From assembly GCA_040219255.1 (NCBI GenBank), contig JAVJSW010000068.1, forward strand, positions 256,001 to 320,000: a stretch of DNA of 64,000 bases, read 5' to 3'. The position numbers and the translations under genes were made by a program. Positions 10,201 to 19,721 of this stretch are shown piece after piece. Source of the stretch: Sumerlaeia bacterium (lineage in GTDB: Bacteria > Sumerlaeota > Sumerlaeia > SLMS01 > JAHLLQ01). Each line of letters begins with the position of its first letter. Positions within the stretch are counted from its first letter, which is position 1. Under the pieces are notes generated by a model. It had not been told where the DNA came from, did no database searches, and was given only the letters and a program-made list of their open reading frames with translations.

Positions 10201-11826
10201 CTCGACGCAATTCAGCCCCGGAATCATGCCCAGCGTGCAATCGGCCGCCGCGTTCGCCACCGCCAGATCGCAATACAGGTCGTCTTCGTCGTCTCCGTTG
10301 TTGTCGCCGTCGCCCTGCCCGCCACCCGGACCGCCGGGGCCGGGGCCGGGCTGGGGGCCGCTGCCGGGGGCGCTGCCATGCCAGCCCGGTTCGAGAATCC
10401 CCACGCCCGGGTCGCTGCAAATCAGGCTCCCGTCCTCGCTCACCGTCATCGAACCCACGAGGCGGAACAGGCCGAGGTCGTGGTCGAAGCTCCACAGGCC
10501 CGACTTCTCACCCGGCGCGAGCGTCTCGCCCGTCGCCGGACTCGGCAGGTTCGGAAAGCAAACCGGCGCCGGAACGTCGAAGTTCTGCGGGCCATCGGTC
10601 TGCACGGTGATGACCACCGGGAAGTCCAGGCCTTCGGGCAGGGGCTCGGGCAGGCGATCCGGCGGAACCGGCGCCAGGCCCACGCGGCCGCCGCGCGACC
10701 CGTCGTCGTCGTAAAGCGAGTCCGCCGGCACGGTGATGCCGACGCCGGCGTATCCGGGGAATTCATCCAGCACGGCTTGAGGAAAACCGACCGCCGTGTC
10801 GGCCGTGTCGCTGACCACTTGCAGAGCCCCCGGCTCGATCAGCGGCAGGTAGATGTCGCCGATGACTGTCTCGACGCCCGGGTCGGCTTGCCAGCGCTTG
10901 CCGACGAACGGATAGTAGGGCCCCTGCGGGAACATCGTCGGGTTACCGTCCGGGTCCGCGGTCACGGTGCGGCCGTCGATATAGGCGAAGAATGGCCCGG
11001 TGGGGGCGCCTTCCAGGCGGAAATTGCCCATGTCGTCGGTCGTCGTGGCGATGGTGTCTTCGGCGCCCTGCACGAAAATGCGTACGCCTTCCAGGGGCCG
11101 ATTCAGGGTCATCGGTTCGCCGCCGGTGCCTTGTTCCAACTCCGACGCGAACACACGCCCCACCACCACGGTGCCGGGAATCACGGTCAGGCTTTGCGTG
11201 TCGAACCGGATCGAGCGCGGACCACTGACGAGCCCATCGCCGGTCGAGTCCACGGGGTTGCCCTCCGCGTCGCGCAGCAGATCGCCGTCGATGGTGACCC
11301 GGACGCGGGTGTTGGCGGGGAGCTGTTGCTGATAGAACAGAGTCACCGTCTGGCCGTCGGGCGAGACATGAAGCCGCGCCGGCAAACGGTCGCTGCCGTT
11401 CCTGGCGTAGATGGCGGCGCTGGTGATGGTGGCGGGATCGAGAGGGGCGCTGAAGCGCAGCACCGTCTCGCGGCTGACCGAAACGTTGCCTTCGCCATCG
11501 CCGGGATCCGTCGCCGTCAGGCTCGTGGACGCCAGCGGCAACGGAGTCGGCGTGGGCGTGGGGCTGCTCGTCGGAGTAGGAGTTGCCGTGGGCGTGGGCG
11601 TTGGGGTCGGGGTCGGCGTGGCGGCTATCTGAAACGCCACCGCGTCGGCGGCATCCAGGACGCCGTCGCTGTTGACATCAGTCCCGCCGGGGGTTCGCCC
11701 GAGCAGAGGATCGATGACCTCGGGCCTGATGCCAAAGGCCGCGTGGGCCTGATTGCCCGTTCCGCAAAGTGACACGGCCATTCCGGCCGCCAGGAGCGCT
11801 GGCGCAAATCGAGACCACAGAGCCAT
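4231..11826 (-). CDS. Giant (~2530 aa) secreted surface protein: signal peptide, dockerin-like repeat, PT linker, Ig-like domains, carboxypeptidase-regulatory-like region, Cys-rich module, Ca-binding DxDxDG repeats, LVIVD repeats, C-terminal W-D/N-G beta-propellers
   Basis: Long ORF; MALWSRF signal peptide after GGGGGA; DVNSDGVLDAAD; (TP)n; F..PLDPA.I Ig motifs; DSDGDGLPD; YVADGEAGLQVI; many ARWDG repeats. Confidence 0.85.
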   Translation of the reverse strand: MALWSRFAPALLAAGMAVSLCGTGNQAHAAFGIRPEVIDPLLGRTPGGTDVNSDGVLDAADAVAFQIAATPTPTPTPTPTATPTPTSSPTPTPTPLPLASTSLTATDPGDGEGNVSVSRETVLRFSAPLDPATITSAAIYARNGSDRLPARLHVSPDGQTVTLFYQQQLPANTRVRVTIDGDLLRDAEGNPVDSTGDGLVSGPRSIRFDTQSLTVIPGTVVVGRVFASELEQGTGGEPMTLNRPLEGVRIFVQGAEDTIATTTDDMGNFRLEGAPTGPFFAYIDGRTVTADPDGNPTMFPQGPYYPFVGKRWQADPGVETVIGDIYLPLIEPGALQVVSDTADTAVGFPQAVLDEFPGYAGVGITVPADSLYDDDGSRGGRVGLAPVPPDRLPEPLPEGLDFPVVITVQTDGPQNFDVPAPVCFPNLPSPATGETLAPGEKSGLWSFDHDLGLFRLVGSMTVSEDGSLICSDPGVGILEPGWHGSAPGSGPQPGPGPGGPGGGQGDGDNNGDDEDDLYCDLAVANAAADCTLGMIPGLNCVEGIVGNATSAARNCSADISQNGGATAGGCGWALTKGAIGSVIGCAISSTPIVGQLWNAFDCLDNVRQAIAACGGRKGLSESELARLDAEIAFLQTQLGIIATAIQSFYGDREWLEEVAIEDRMKMMVLAEAFDAAQDGPDMEATPITAEEAAAILALDLPAHITPAIVQARIDRWNRTLDYWGNGWISVDDIPPGMNTDFIDLADFEARLVALDNAAQAILDRWGSGGGSSLKGAQDQGTLGEAVRRGLYSVIEDLQETLIEPSQDARYKPYYVVLRNVDNRSAPPIRAYNEFGGTPLNLVLPADTNFIASWLDPVTFFTVSAPVHTAGSGELTSIPALLYEPSTEPDSDGDGLPDDAEFIVGTLANDPDSDGDGISDAAEVQQGLDPAEISSLPVGIVASVDTPGNVFEAATSDGRVFLIDKKAGLLIFNAFGGMAPQLVGQVALPATPQVLAADRRRAAAGVGGAGLSLIDSSGVSGDRIIHQISTSTMGSASVTSLAVRGDRVYAGTNRGTIHAVDFASGQIVQTLTVGQQQVRDVTISRGLLYAREGTDIHVLLLDPVLEVVSTFPGLRNDAGVGSLGRARIRTDGTLLATTFSKGYNLFTLANPLEPVLADQPETDAFGWLDSYPDGNGFGVVATGPNSTADGPHNVDLYDWSNPTDSEKPLTSFVTPGIARGIALANGLIYVADGEAGLQVIRYLEPDLGDTPPVLTLDTNFAVKGANPQVEERSPVRIRALVSDDVQVRNVEFHRDGILRLTDGTAPYEYEFRAPFASAQSTFTFHVRAVDTGGNATVSETSTVGVTDDVFAPQLLFTLPADESVITTTVSGLTAIFNEPLQGADIQPGAVEVRGQGPDGTFDTGDDGFAAVASVDASALSGTLAIGLEDPLLFGIYRVTLPAGIRDQAGNALADPIIWTFEYRDVNGPVIAWRNPEPSASVSNPLSRIQAGFNEPVVPASLGNISFSLVRDGADRSTGTADDILVPGTLGYEASLNAIVFDFAANPVRNDRVRAVLGGTASDLAGNVRAISSTWNLTAGNPNPPNVTSIAPEGFVSAVTRVEAVFPQALDPASVNLNSFQLFNAGADGVLHSADDTPVRTGVAGYEEATRTAFMSFPGALPTGEYRVSLQEPLAYANGNPTGAALEWSFTAYQLNLASTVTGRLILEDDNSAAPGVELALRIPSLEAEFVMGTSDASGVFTFTQVPSEFGDVKLVVNDEIDGATLAATLDPFPVVAGGTTDLGDVVLRPLCPEQFTPGRFPLPNPLDIVRAIHPYEFDGEPVLVVGTDNYTWAWDGRDYRPFGLTSTAGIQDFAVADLGGGEALYALGALRNGGRGILKWDPAEERWTLAPGLIGLGLPPTEMVAHDDGSGVALFIGGTGFTINSTFYRGVAKYDGATLTPVGGEFGHSVPASLRIEDLESFDGDLYVSGWIESIGGQPIAGIAKWDGASWTNLGSGLAGFTSTSGIRAGAYDLDVWDDGSGPALFAAGNFDMAGGNPANNIAKWNGLTWSALGGGTNALIRQIAETNIGGSNRLAAIGTFTMVDGETTQKVAYWNGSDWIAEPAVVISTAVFDSGVTAMESYDPGGDERLYIGGSMQGPEELRWRYLGSWDGTESLPVGRGVNDTVHGLFAWDDGGGDDLYVTGEFIHAGQEASAFVARWDGTDFDPIGGFQFERRGQFRGNCFAAFDDGLTETLYLGGAFDLLGSDEPSNSIARWDGTVWQSVGGGLGQSGDTVNAMLVFDDGSGPALYVAGDFDKVGGPNGIDAVGIARWNGFEWSGVGGGMGSGGVGNEFTIFDAGNGPELYIGGRFTEIGGKAILALARWDGSQWRGVDGGVVANTVANTAVSALAVYDSGAGPELVVSGTFNRAGGLNFAGMARWNGSRWTDVGGQNQTATAFHVFDNEEGPELYAVGSLFLLPVGTAINGARWNGTEWKSVLGTTGMRFSDSAFAMETYDSGDGPGLVFGGKFISVDGFVSPFLAEWKRPARPCP
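11540..11622 (-). repeat. Thr-Pro dipeptide coding repeat (linker)
   Basis: Encodes ATPTPTPTPTPTATPTPTSSPTPTPTP. Confidence 0.85.
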
Positions 11827-11985
11827 GGCTGCGTCCCCCCATATCCGATCGATGGCGGCCCATGCACCGCTCCCAATGCGGGGTCGGCGGAAAAAGGGCC
11901 AGCTCAATACAATATGGAGGAAACTTTAGAGTCTGTGGCCAGAGAATGCAACCCAACGAATCGGTTCGCGGAAAAAAACCGGACC

Positions 11986-13743
11986 CTACTCCTCCGTCAA
12001 CGCCGTCCACCACTCGTCCGCCGCCGCGTGGCGCCGCACGTTCGTGGCGCAGTGCACGTTGCCGCACCACTTGTGGTATTGCTCGTCGTTGACGAAGAAC
12101 ACCTTCACCGGCAGGTCCTTCAGCCGCGCCCGCAGGTCCGCTTCCAGCACATCGCGCCCGTCCACCACCGGTCCCTCAGGCGCGGGGACGATCACCATGT
12201 CGCCCAGAATCACCGAGTTCACCATGTTCGGCACCATCGAGCGGCCGTCCTTCTCGTAGAAGGCGGGCACGCGGACGATGTCGCGGGGGGCGACGCCGAA
12301 TTCGGACTGGATTTTCTCGACCAGCGGGTCCAGGTATTTCGCCTGCACGTCTTCGTTATAGGCGATCAGTTCCTCGTCCGCCAGGAACGACGCCACCGTC
12401 ATCTCTTCCTTGTAGGTGCTAAGCAGCGGCGCGTCCTTGTCGGCGTCGGTGTCGAGGCGGCGCATGATCTTGAGCATCTCGCGCACGTTGGGCACCATCG
12501 CCACAAAGGGCCGCTCCGGGTCGCCCGTCGGCAGGAAGGAAATCAGCTCGTCCACGTGCTTGATGAGAAGGAACGTCACGTCGATGGGCAGGGCCGGGCC
12601 TTGGATTGCCTGGGCGTCGATCATGGCGACGACTTCCGGGTTCAGGGAGGCGCCGTTGTCCGCCACACCATAGTACACGCGGCCAAAGGGATAGCCGGGG
12701 ATCGGTGGCGTCGCCTCCAGGTTGCCGTACCAGTCGATCCAGGACGCGTCACCTTCGCCATCGCCGGCACCGTACTGCGGGCGATAGGTGCCTTTGCTGA
12801 ACCAGCCGAAGTCGGGTCCGAGAAGCTGCTCGCGGGGGAAACGGTCCAGCGACTTGTTGCGGTTGCTCGGCAGAACCACGCTCATGCGGACGTCCGGCCG
12901 GTGTTGGGTGTAGCCGATCTCCATCGTGTCTTGCAGCCAGATGTTCCATGCGTCGTAGGGCGCCGACGCGGGCACGATGTGAAGCTCGGTGTTGGCGGCC
13001 GGGACGATGGTCTTGAGCTGGGAAATCAGCTCGTCGTTGCGTTCGGCGAACTCGCGCACGTACAGCGTCTGGGGCCCGTCCAGGCTCGACAGCATGATCC
13101 AGGGCGCCACGCGAAGCGCCACCGTGTCGGTCACTTCCAGGCCGTCCTCGTGACGCAGCGTCACCTTGACCTCCACCACGCCGTTCCAGTCCGCATCGGC
13201 GAAGGACTTGGCTTCCATCCCGAAGCGGAACGCGCCACGGCTGACAGGGCCGTCGAGGCTATAGGCCTCGCTGCCATCGAGCGGCACGGTCTGGACGTCG
13301 GTTTTTTCCTCGGCCACGGGGCCGAAGAGGCGCACCTGGGCGCGGGCCGGTTCGGGGACCTCGAAGGCGATGGACACGGCGCCGGGCTGGGTCGAGACCG
13401 CGCGCAGTTCCAGATAAGACAGATCGCGAAAATCGGCCGGGCCATTGATCCGGTCGTCTGCATGGTCGGGATCGCCGGTGTCCTGATCGCTGTCGCAATT
13501 GTTCAGAACGAGCGCGCCGTGAGTCAGGGATGCGCGGTGCCGCCCCCGCAAGTCCGCCTCGGTCAACGAACCGTCGCGGTCGGTGTCGCCGAAGAGGGTC
13601 ACTTCCAGCGCGGGATCGGGGGCGGAGGGGACCTCCGAGTCAACCGGCTGCGAGACCTGGGAGAATGCGGGCGCGGCCGCCAAAGCGGCCAGGGCGGTCC
13701 ATGTGCGGAGGGCCGGCAGCCGGCCCGCCTGATGGGTAACCAT
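11986..13743 (-). CDS. Secreted protein-arginine deiminase (animal PADI-type)
   Basis: WLQD, GPDFG, GNLE, HVDE, PNMVN, GNVHCATN motifs matching PADI catalytic Asp/His/Asp/Cys; GALVLNNCDSD..D middle domain; N-terminal signal peptide. Confidence 0.88.
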   Translation of the reverse strand: MVTHQAGRLPALRTWTALAALAAAPAFSQVSQPVDSEVPSAPDPALEVTLFGDTDRDGSLTEADLRGRHRASLTHGALVLNNCDSDQDTGDPDHADDRINGPADFRDLSYLELRAVSTQPGAVSIAFEVPEPARAQVRLFGPVAEEKTDVQTVPLDGSEAYSLDGPVSRGAFRFGMEAKSFADADWNGVVEVKVTLRHEDGLEVTDTVALRVAPWIMLSSLDGPQTLYVREFAERNDELISQLKTIVPAANTELHIVPASAPYDAWNIWLQDTMEIGYTQHRPDVRMSVVLPSNRNKSLDRFPREQLLGPDFGWFSKGTYRPQYGAGDGEGDASWIDWYGNLEATPPIPGYPFGRVYYGVADNGASLNPEVVAMIDAQAIQGPALPIDVTFLLIKHVDELISFLPTGDPERPFVAMVPNVREMLKIMRRLDTDADKDAPLLSTYKEEMTVASFLADEELIAYNEDVQAKYLDPLVEKIQSEFGVAPRDIVRVPAFYEKDGRSMVPNMVNSVILGDMVIVPAPEGPVVDGRDVLEADLRARLKDLPVKVFFVNDEQYHKWCGNVHCATNVRRHAAADEWWTALTEE

Positions 13744-14080
13744 GAGAAAACCTTTCTTTTCTTCCGGGACTTCCGATGGAATTTGGCTCGGTCTTCCGAA
13801 CGTTCCCCCAATGCACGGCGGACCCACCAAACCGAGCGCCAATCGGGGACTGGCGCTGGAGAGCCGAGGCTGGCCGCCGTACCAAACGACGCGGGAACGA
13901 TCCGATAGAAAACCGCCAGGAAGTCCGAAAATGATGACACAACCTGGCGGAACGGGCTCGCGCGATCAAGGGGAAAGCGGCGCGGGGAGGCGGGGAGGAG
14001 AATTGGCCGCCGATGAATGCAAGAAATGGGATCGGAGATTGAGCTTCTCCTTATCCAATTCATCCCACTTATCCGCGGCC

Positions 14081-14109
14081 AAAAACAAAAAAGGCGGGCC
14101 GGCCCGGCC
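14081..14109 (-). terminator. Probable intrinsic terminator
   Basis: GC hairpin followed by a T-run on the minus strand just after the stop at 14119. Confidence 0.45.
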
Positions 14110-14118
14110 ATCATCCCC

Positions 14119-15273
14119 CTAAGAGGCGCGCCTGGGTTTCATCAAGAAAAAGCCGAGGGCCGCCACGAGAACGGCGAAGCCGCCGAGGAAACCGTAGCGG
14201 AGGAGGTTGTTGGATCCGCCGGAAGCGTCACCGGAGATGGCCGCCTCGGTTTGGGGGACTTGCGGGGCGGGGGAAGGTTGGGCGGCATCCCCTCGGGCGG
14301 GGGATGAAGCCGGTTCGATTTCAGGATCCGCCACGGCATCGAGGTCGTTGTCTTTGACGAGGGCGGCGAGGTCTTCGATGGGGGCCAATTTCAGTTGGTA
14401 GCGGTCGATGGCTTCGTAATATCGGCCCGCTTCGACCAGCTCCCGGTCGAGTCTATGGACCGGAAAGGCGTCTTTGATGCGGTGATCGTAGATGGAGAAT
14501 TGGTCGGTGTAGGGGATCTTGACTCTGAAGTCTTGTGTCTCGAGGTCCCTTGGCACCTCGAACTTCTCTATAGCAAAGACCTCCTCAAACATGCCTTCTG
14601 TTGCCGGCTGTGTCCGAGTTATCAACTTTGGGAGCGACATTTCTCCAAAGGAAGTCCAGTCGGAGTAAAGAGTGCTGCTCACAAGGGCGCCATCTTGCTC
14701 TGTGATCGTTATTTCTTCGAATTGATGTGGATTCCTAGGATTCAGGTGCAAGCGGACTGTTTCATAGTCATCCGTCATTACCACCGTGTCATTGGTGGAA
14801 TCGAGATCGATTCGATCAAAGTTCTTATAGCTAGCCAAGAGTCCACTATGCATAAACTTCGCTATGAGTTCTGTCTTATCGGCCTCGAATTTCTCTGGTC
14901 CGATCTGGTACATGAGGTATGTGGGAATACCGTCATCCGGAATCTCGAAGTGGGATGGCAGACCCGCATAGACGGCGACAGTTCCATCCCAGGACGCGAC
15001 GTATCTTGTTGTATTGCCATCCTCTTCAACAAATATCTTTTCAACTTGATAGAATTCCCCGAGCTTTTCGATACGAAAGGACTTAAAAACTTGAATGGGC
15101 TTTGCGCCGGGAATTACATAGTAGTGTTCAAGGTCAGCGCTATATTGCTCAAAACGCTCAGGCGAGTACAGCACTGACAGTTCCGATAAAATTGAATGTC
15201 CGTTTTCCGCGGTGGCGGGCGAAAAACTAATTACAAAGGACATGAGAAGGAGTAAAATGATGGTGAATTTCAT
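14119..15273 (-). CDS. Secreted hypothetical protein with C-terminal TM anchor (possible LolA-like fold)
   Basis: Signal peptide MKFTIILLLL; YSDW..FG..LPK.I motif; Pro/Ala linker then hydrophobic helix and basic tail; AT-rich core. Confidence 0.7.
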   Translation of the reverse strand: MKFTIILLLLMSFVISFSPATAENGHSILSELSVLYSPERFEQYSADLEHYYVIPGAKPIQVFKSFRIEKLGEFYQVEKIFVEEDGNTTRYVASWDGTVAVYAGLPSHFEIPDDGIPTYLMYQIGPEKFEADKTELIAKFMHSGLLASYKNFDRIDLDSTNDTVVMTDDYETVRLHLNPRNPHQFEEITITEQDGALVSSTLYSDWTSFGEMSLPKLITRTQPATEGMFEEVFAIEKFEVPRDLETQDFRVKIPYTDQFSIYDHRIKDAFPVHRLDRELVEAGRYYEAIDRYQLKLAPIEDLAALVKDNDLDAVADPEIEPASSPARGDAAQPSPAPQVPQTEAAISGDASGGSNNLLRYGFLGGFAVLVAALGFFLMKPRRAS

Positions 15274-15384
15274 AATTTGTCACTTTCGAGCTGACATGAT
15301 TTTTTATTGAATAAAAAAAATGGCGAAAGACATCGCTCTCGCCAACCGTATAGAACTGACAAGGGAGGAGGCTCGCCCGTCAGA

Positions 15385-15798
15385 CTAGCAACCTCCGCTT
15401 GAGCATGTGTAGTAGAAAGAATTTGAGGGACCGGTCTCTTCACAAACCCAGCGCGCCCTTGTCTCGCAACCCCCAGGAGCATAAACTTCGCACTCGATCG
15501 AGTCTCTAACCAAGTTCCTCGCTGTGCCGTAGTTGGGGTGGCGCTCAATACAACAATTGTCACCTTGTCCACCCGTAACGCATTCGGGCGCATCACCGCT
15601 CACGGAATCGGAACTGCAAGTACCATGGGCAGGTTCGCAAGAGGAATTGCAGCTACTCGGCTGATTCTTGCCTGCAACTGGTTCTTGGTTCTCCCCCTGG
15701 CAAACCTTGCAGTTTCCAGCGAGGCTGAAGGTGGGGATGAGAAGGGCGGCCGTGACGAGGAGGGCCGCCGAGGTCTTGATGAATGGGGAGAGCTTCAT
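15385..15798 (-). CDS. Small secreted cysteine-rich protein (137 aa, 13 Cys)
   Basis: Signal peptide MKLSPFIKTSAALLVTAALLIPTFSLA followed by a 13-Cys mature region ending in Cys. Confidence 0.75.
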   Translation of the reverse strand: MKLSPFIKTSAALLVTAALLIPTFSLAGNCKVCQGENQEPVAGKNQPSSCNSSCEPAHGTCSSDSVSGDAPECVTGGQGDNCCIERHPNYGTARNLVRDSIECEVYAPGGCETRARWVCEETGPSNSFYYTCSSGGC

Positions 15799-15971
15799 AA
15801 GCGAACTTTCCCACTCCATTTTTGATGATGGGAAACACATCGGTTATTCCTCGCGGTCTGCCAACTCGTTTTCCGGGACGGACGGATTGCTCTCTTGTCA
15901 TAGAAATGTCCCGGTCGAACGGCGGCCATGAATCCGCGACCTCCGCGGCTTCGCGCCACCGTTGCGCCCCC

Positions 15972-16949
15972 TCACCCCAGCTTCGCCGCCCGCGCCTTCA
16001 GGCCGTCCTCGATCGCGTCCAGCTCCCGCTGGCTCAGCGTGATGTCCGCCGCGCGGGCGGTTTCTTCCACTTGGCGGCGGTTGCGGCCGCCGACGATGGC
16101 GCTGGTGATCAGATCGCCGCGCAGTGTCCACGCCACGGCGATTTGGCCCGGCTGGACGCCGTGCTCGTTGGCGATGGGGCGCAGCGTGTTCTCCACGAAG
16201 TCGATGTTGATGGAGAGGTTCGGCTCCTGGTACTCCTTGGTGCGCTTGCGCCAATCGTCGTCCGGGCGCGAGGCGACCCACTCTTTCGTCACCTTGCCGG
16301 TCAGCATGCCGCTCAGCATCGGCGAGTACGCCACGATGCCGGCGTTGTGCGCGTGGCACCATTCCATCGGGCCGCCGTCGTCTTCGATGGCGCGCCGCAG
16401 CATGGAGTAAGGCGGTTGCAGACTGCTGACGGGGCGGATCTTGTGGGCGCGTTCGAGCTGGGCGGCGTTGAAGTTGCTGACGCCCGCCGCGCGGATCTTG
16501 CCCTCGTCCATGGCTTTGCCGATCTCTTCCCAGGCTTCCTCGATCTGCGCCTCCGGGTTCGGCCAGTGGATCTGGTAGAGGTCGATCACGTCGGTCTGGA
16601 GGCGCCGCAGGGACCCCTCGAGTTCTTCGCGCACGCTCTTGGCCGAGAGTTCGGCCCTCGGCTGGCCGTCGGGGCTGGGCAGAAGGCCGCATTTGGTGGC
16701 GACGAGGACCTTGTCGCGGCGGCCGGCGAGGGCTTTGCCGACGACTTCTTCGCTGTGGCCAAAGCCGTACACGTGGGCCGTATCGATCCAGTTCACACCA
16801 TTGTCGAGCGCCGCGTGGATCGCCTCGATGGACTCTTTGTCGTCCTGCTCGCCCCAGGCGAAGGCCCATCCAGACCCACCGATGGCCCAGGCTCCAAAGC
16901 CGATGACGGTCAGTTCAAGATCGCTGTTTCCAAGTTTCCGCGTTTTCAT
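15972..16949 (-). CDS. Aldo/keto reductase
   Basis: MKTRKLG, GFGAW, IDTAHVYG, ATKCG, DLYQIHWP, GVSNF, AYSPM motifs. Confidence 0.93.
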   Translation of the reverse strand: MKTRKLGNSDLELTVIGFGAWAIGGSGWAFAWGEQDDKESIEAIHAALDNGVNWIDTAHVYGFGHSEEVVGKALAGRRDKVLVATKCGLLPSPDGQPRAELSAKSVREELEGSLRRLQTDVIDLYQIHWPNPEAQIEEAWEEIGKAMDEGKIRAAGVSNFNAAQLERAHKIRPVSSLQPPYSMLRRAIEDDGGPMEWCHAHNAGIVAYSPMLSGMLTGKVTKEWVASRPDDDWRKRTKEYQEPNLSINIDFVENTLRPIANEHGVQPGQIAVAWTLRGDLITSAIVGGRNRRQVEETARAADITLSQRELDAIEDGLKARAAKLG

Positions 16950-17175
16950 CAGAGAGGGGTGCTTCCTTCGGGTGTGTGGTTGTGTGGGAACGAATAAGCA
17001 GAAGTCGCGCCGGAGGAGTCTTTTCCGCGGGCTGGCGACGTAGCAAGGCGGCAAAACGGGGGGGCGCCGCGCGTCTTTCATGGGACGCCCCCATGGAAGC
17101 CATGGTCCTCTGGCAGCGCTCGCCTCAAGTCCTTCAAAATCAACGGCGCAGCCGCACGACCCGGCTCGCTGGCGA

Positions 17176-17256
17176 TGTCTTTTTTGTCTATCTTGTCTAT
17201 TTCGTTCGTCGAGTTGCCACAAGAAGGGACAAACGGACCGGCCTGTGAAACACTCC
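17176..17256 (+). repeat. Dispersed element family A, copy 2 (diverged)
   Basis: TGTCT repeats at 9-nt period, then CCACAAGAAGGGACAAACGGACCGGCCTGTG. Confidence 0.7.
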
Positions 17257-17346
17257 CCTCCAGATCGCCACCCCAAAGGAAGCCGCAAGCCCATGAACAC
17301 CCAGCTCCGCTCCCCACTCGCACCGGCGCCGTCCGGCGTCGCCATC

Positions 17347-18504
<1,158 letters not shown>

Positions 18505-18820
18505 GGGCGGGGGGGATCCGATGTGAGAATTAAACGCGAAGCAGCAGAGGAGCGAAGAAGCAAAGAATTACGAACCGAGAGCCTTCAAGCGGAGTTGAGG
18601 GGGGCGATACACCAAATCTCTCCTGGAGGATTTTCCGTGACTGATTTCAAGTCGCGCAGAATCAAAGTTGTAGGCTTCGTGGCTCAAGGCTGCGCCTCCG
18701 TGCCTCCGAGTCACCGTGGCGAATTGTCTCCTGCCGGCAAGGCGCCGCGAACAAAAGTCCTTCCCCACCGCGAGCCGGATTCGTAGGCTCCGTCTTCGAC
18801 TCGTGAAGGAGGCGCACGCC

Positions 18821-19720
18821 ATGCGCAGCATGACAGGTTTTGGAAGAGAAACGGCGGAGGGCCCGCTCGGCAGCGTCACCGTCGAGTTGCGTTCGGTGAA
18901 CCATCGCTTCCTCGAGATCGCGGTGCGGGCGCCGTCCGCCTTGGCGGCGCTGGAGCCCGAACTCCGCGCCCGGATCAAGGAACGCCTGGTCCGGGGCCGG
19001 GTCGATGCGACCGTGCGATTCACGCCCGCGGGAGACACCACCGGCGACGCCCCCGCCGTCCGGCTGAATATCGCCCTGGTGCGGTCGTTGGCCGAGCAGT
19101 TCCGAAAAGCCCTCGGCACCGCCGAAGGTTCGGTGCGTGCCGCCGAACTGCTCAGCGTCCCCGGGGTGCTGGAAACGGGCGACGCGGAAGCGCCCACGGA
19201 AGAGAGTCTGGCGGCGCTGGGGGCGATTCTGCGCGAGGCGCTGGATGGGGCCCTGGACGGCCTGATCGCCGAGCGCACCCGCGAAGGCGCCGCCCTGCGG
19301 GAAGCCCTCGCCGCCATGGCCGCCGACATGCGCGGCCACGCCGCCGCCGTCTCCGATGGCCGCGACGCCGTGGTGGATCGCTATCGCGAACGGCTCCAGG
19401 CCCGGTTGGAAAAACTCCTCGGCCCCGAAGGCCCCGCCCTCGACCCCGGCCGGCTCGAGCAGGAAGTGCTTTTCTTCGCCGACAAGGCCGACATCTCCGA
19501 GGAATGCGCGCGCCTCGCCGCCCACCTCGACGCCCTCGACGCGGGCATCGCGGCGGACGATGAAGCGGTGGGCCGGAACCTGGAATTCCTGACCCAGGAA
19601 ATTCTGCGCGAGGTCAACACCACCGGCTCGAAATGCCGCGACCTAGACATCGGCCGGCACGCCATGGCGCTCAAGCAGTTGGTGGAATCGCTGAAGGAAC
19701 AGTTGGCCAACGTGGAATAG
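18821..19720 (+). CDS. yicC: YicC/YloC family endoribonuclease
   Basis: MRSMTGFG, ELRSVNHRFL, RGRVD, DISEE, GR.L.FL.QE..REVNT.GSK, EQLANVE; AAGGAGG RBS. Confidence 0.93.
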   Translation: MRSMTGFGRETAEGPLGSVTVELRSVNHRFLEIAVRAPSALAALEPELRARIKERLVRGRVDATVRFTPAGDTTGDAPAVRLNIALVRSLAEQFRKALGTAEGSVRAAELLSVPGVLETGDAEAPTEESLAALGAILREALDGALDGLIAERTREGAALREALAAMAADMRGHAAAVSDGRDAVVDRYRERLQARLEKLLGPEGPALDPGRLEQEVLFFADKADISEECARLAAHLDALDAGIAADDEAVGRNLEFLTQEILREVNTTGSKCRDLDIGRHAMALKQLVESLKEQLANVE

Positions 19721-19721
19721 G

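Noticed and set aside
11540-11622. Tandem repeat as a possible CRISPR or VNTR
   Set aside because: It is a coding Thr-Pro linker. No repeat-spacer array or cas gene was seen in the window.
4510-13908. Long + strand ORFs (4510-6462, 6598-8217, 8254-11772, 11914-13908)
   Set aside because: Antisense shadows of real minus-strand genes, with no recognisable motifs
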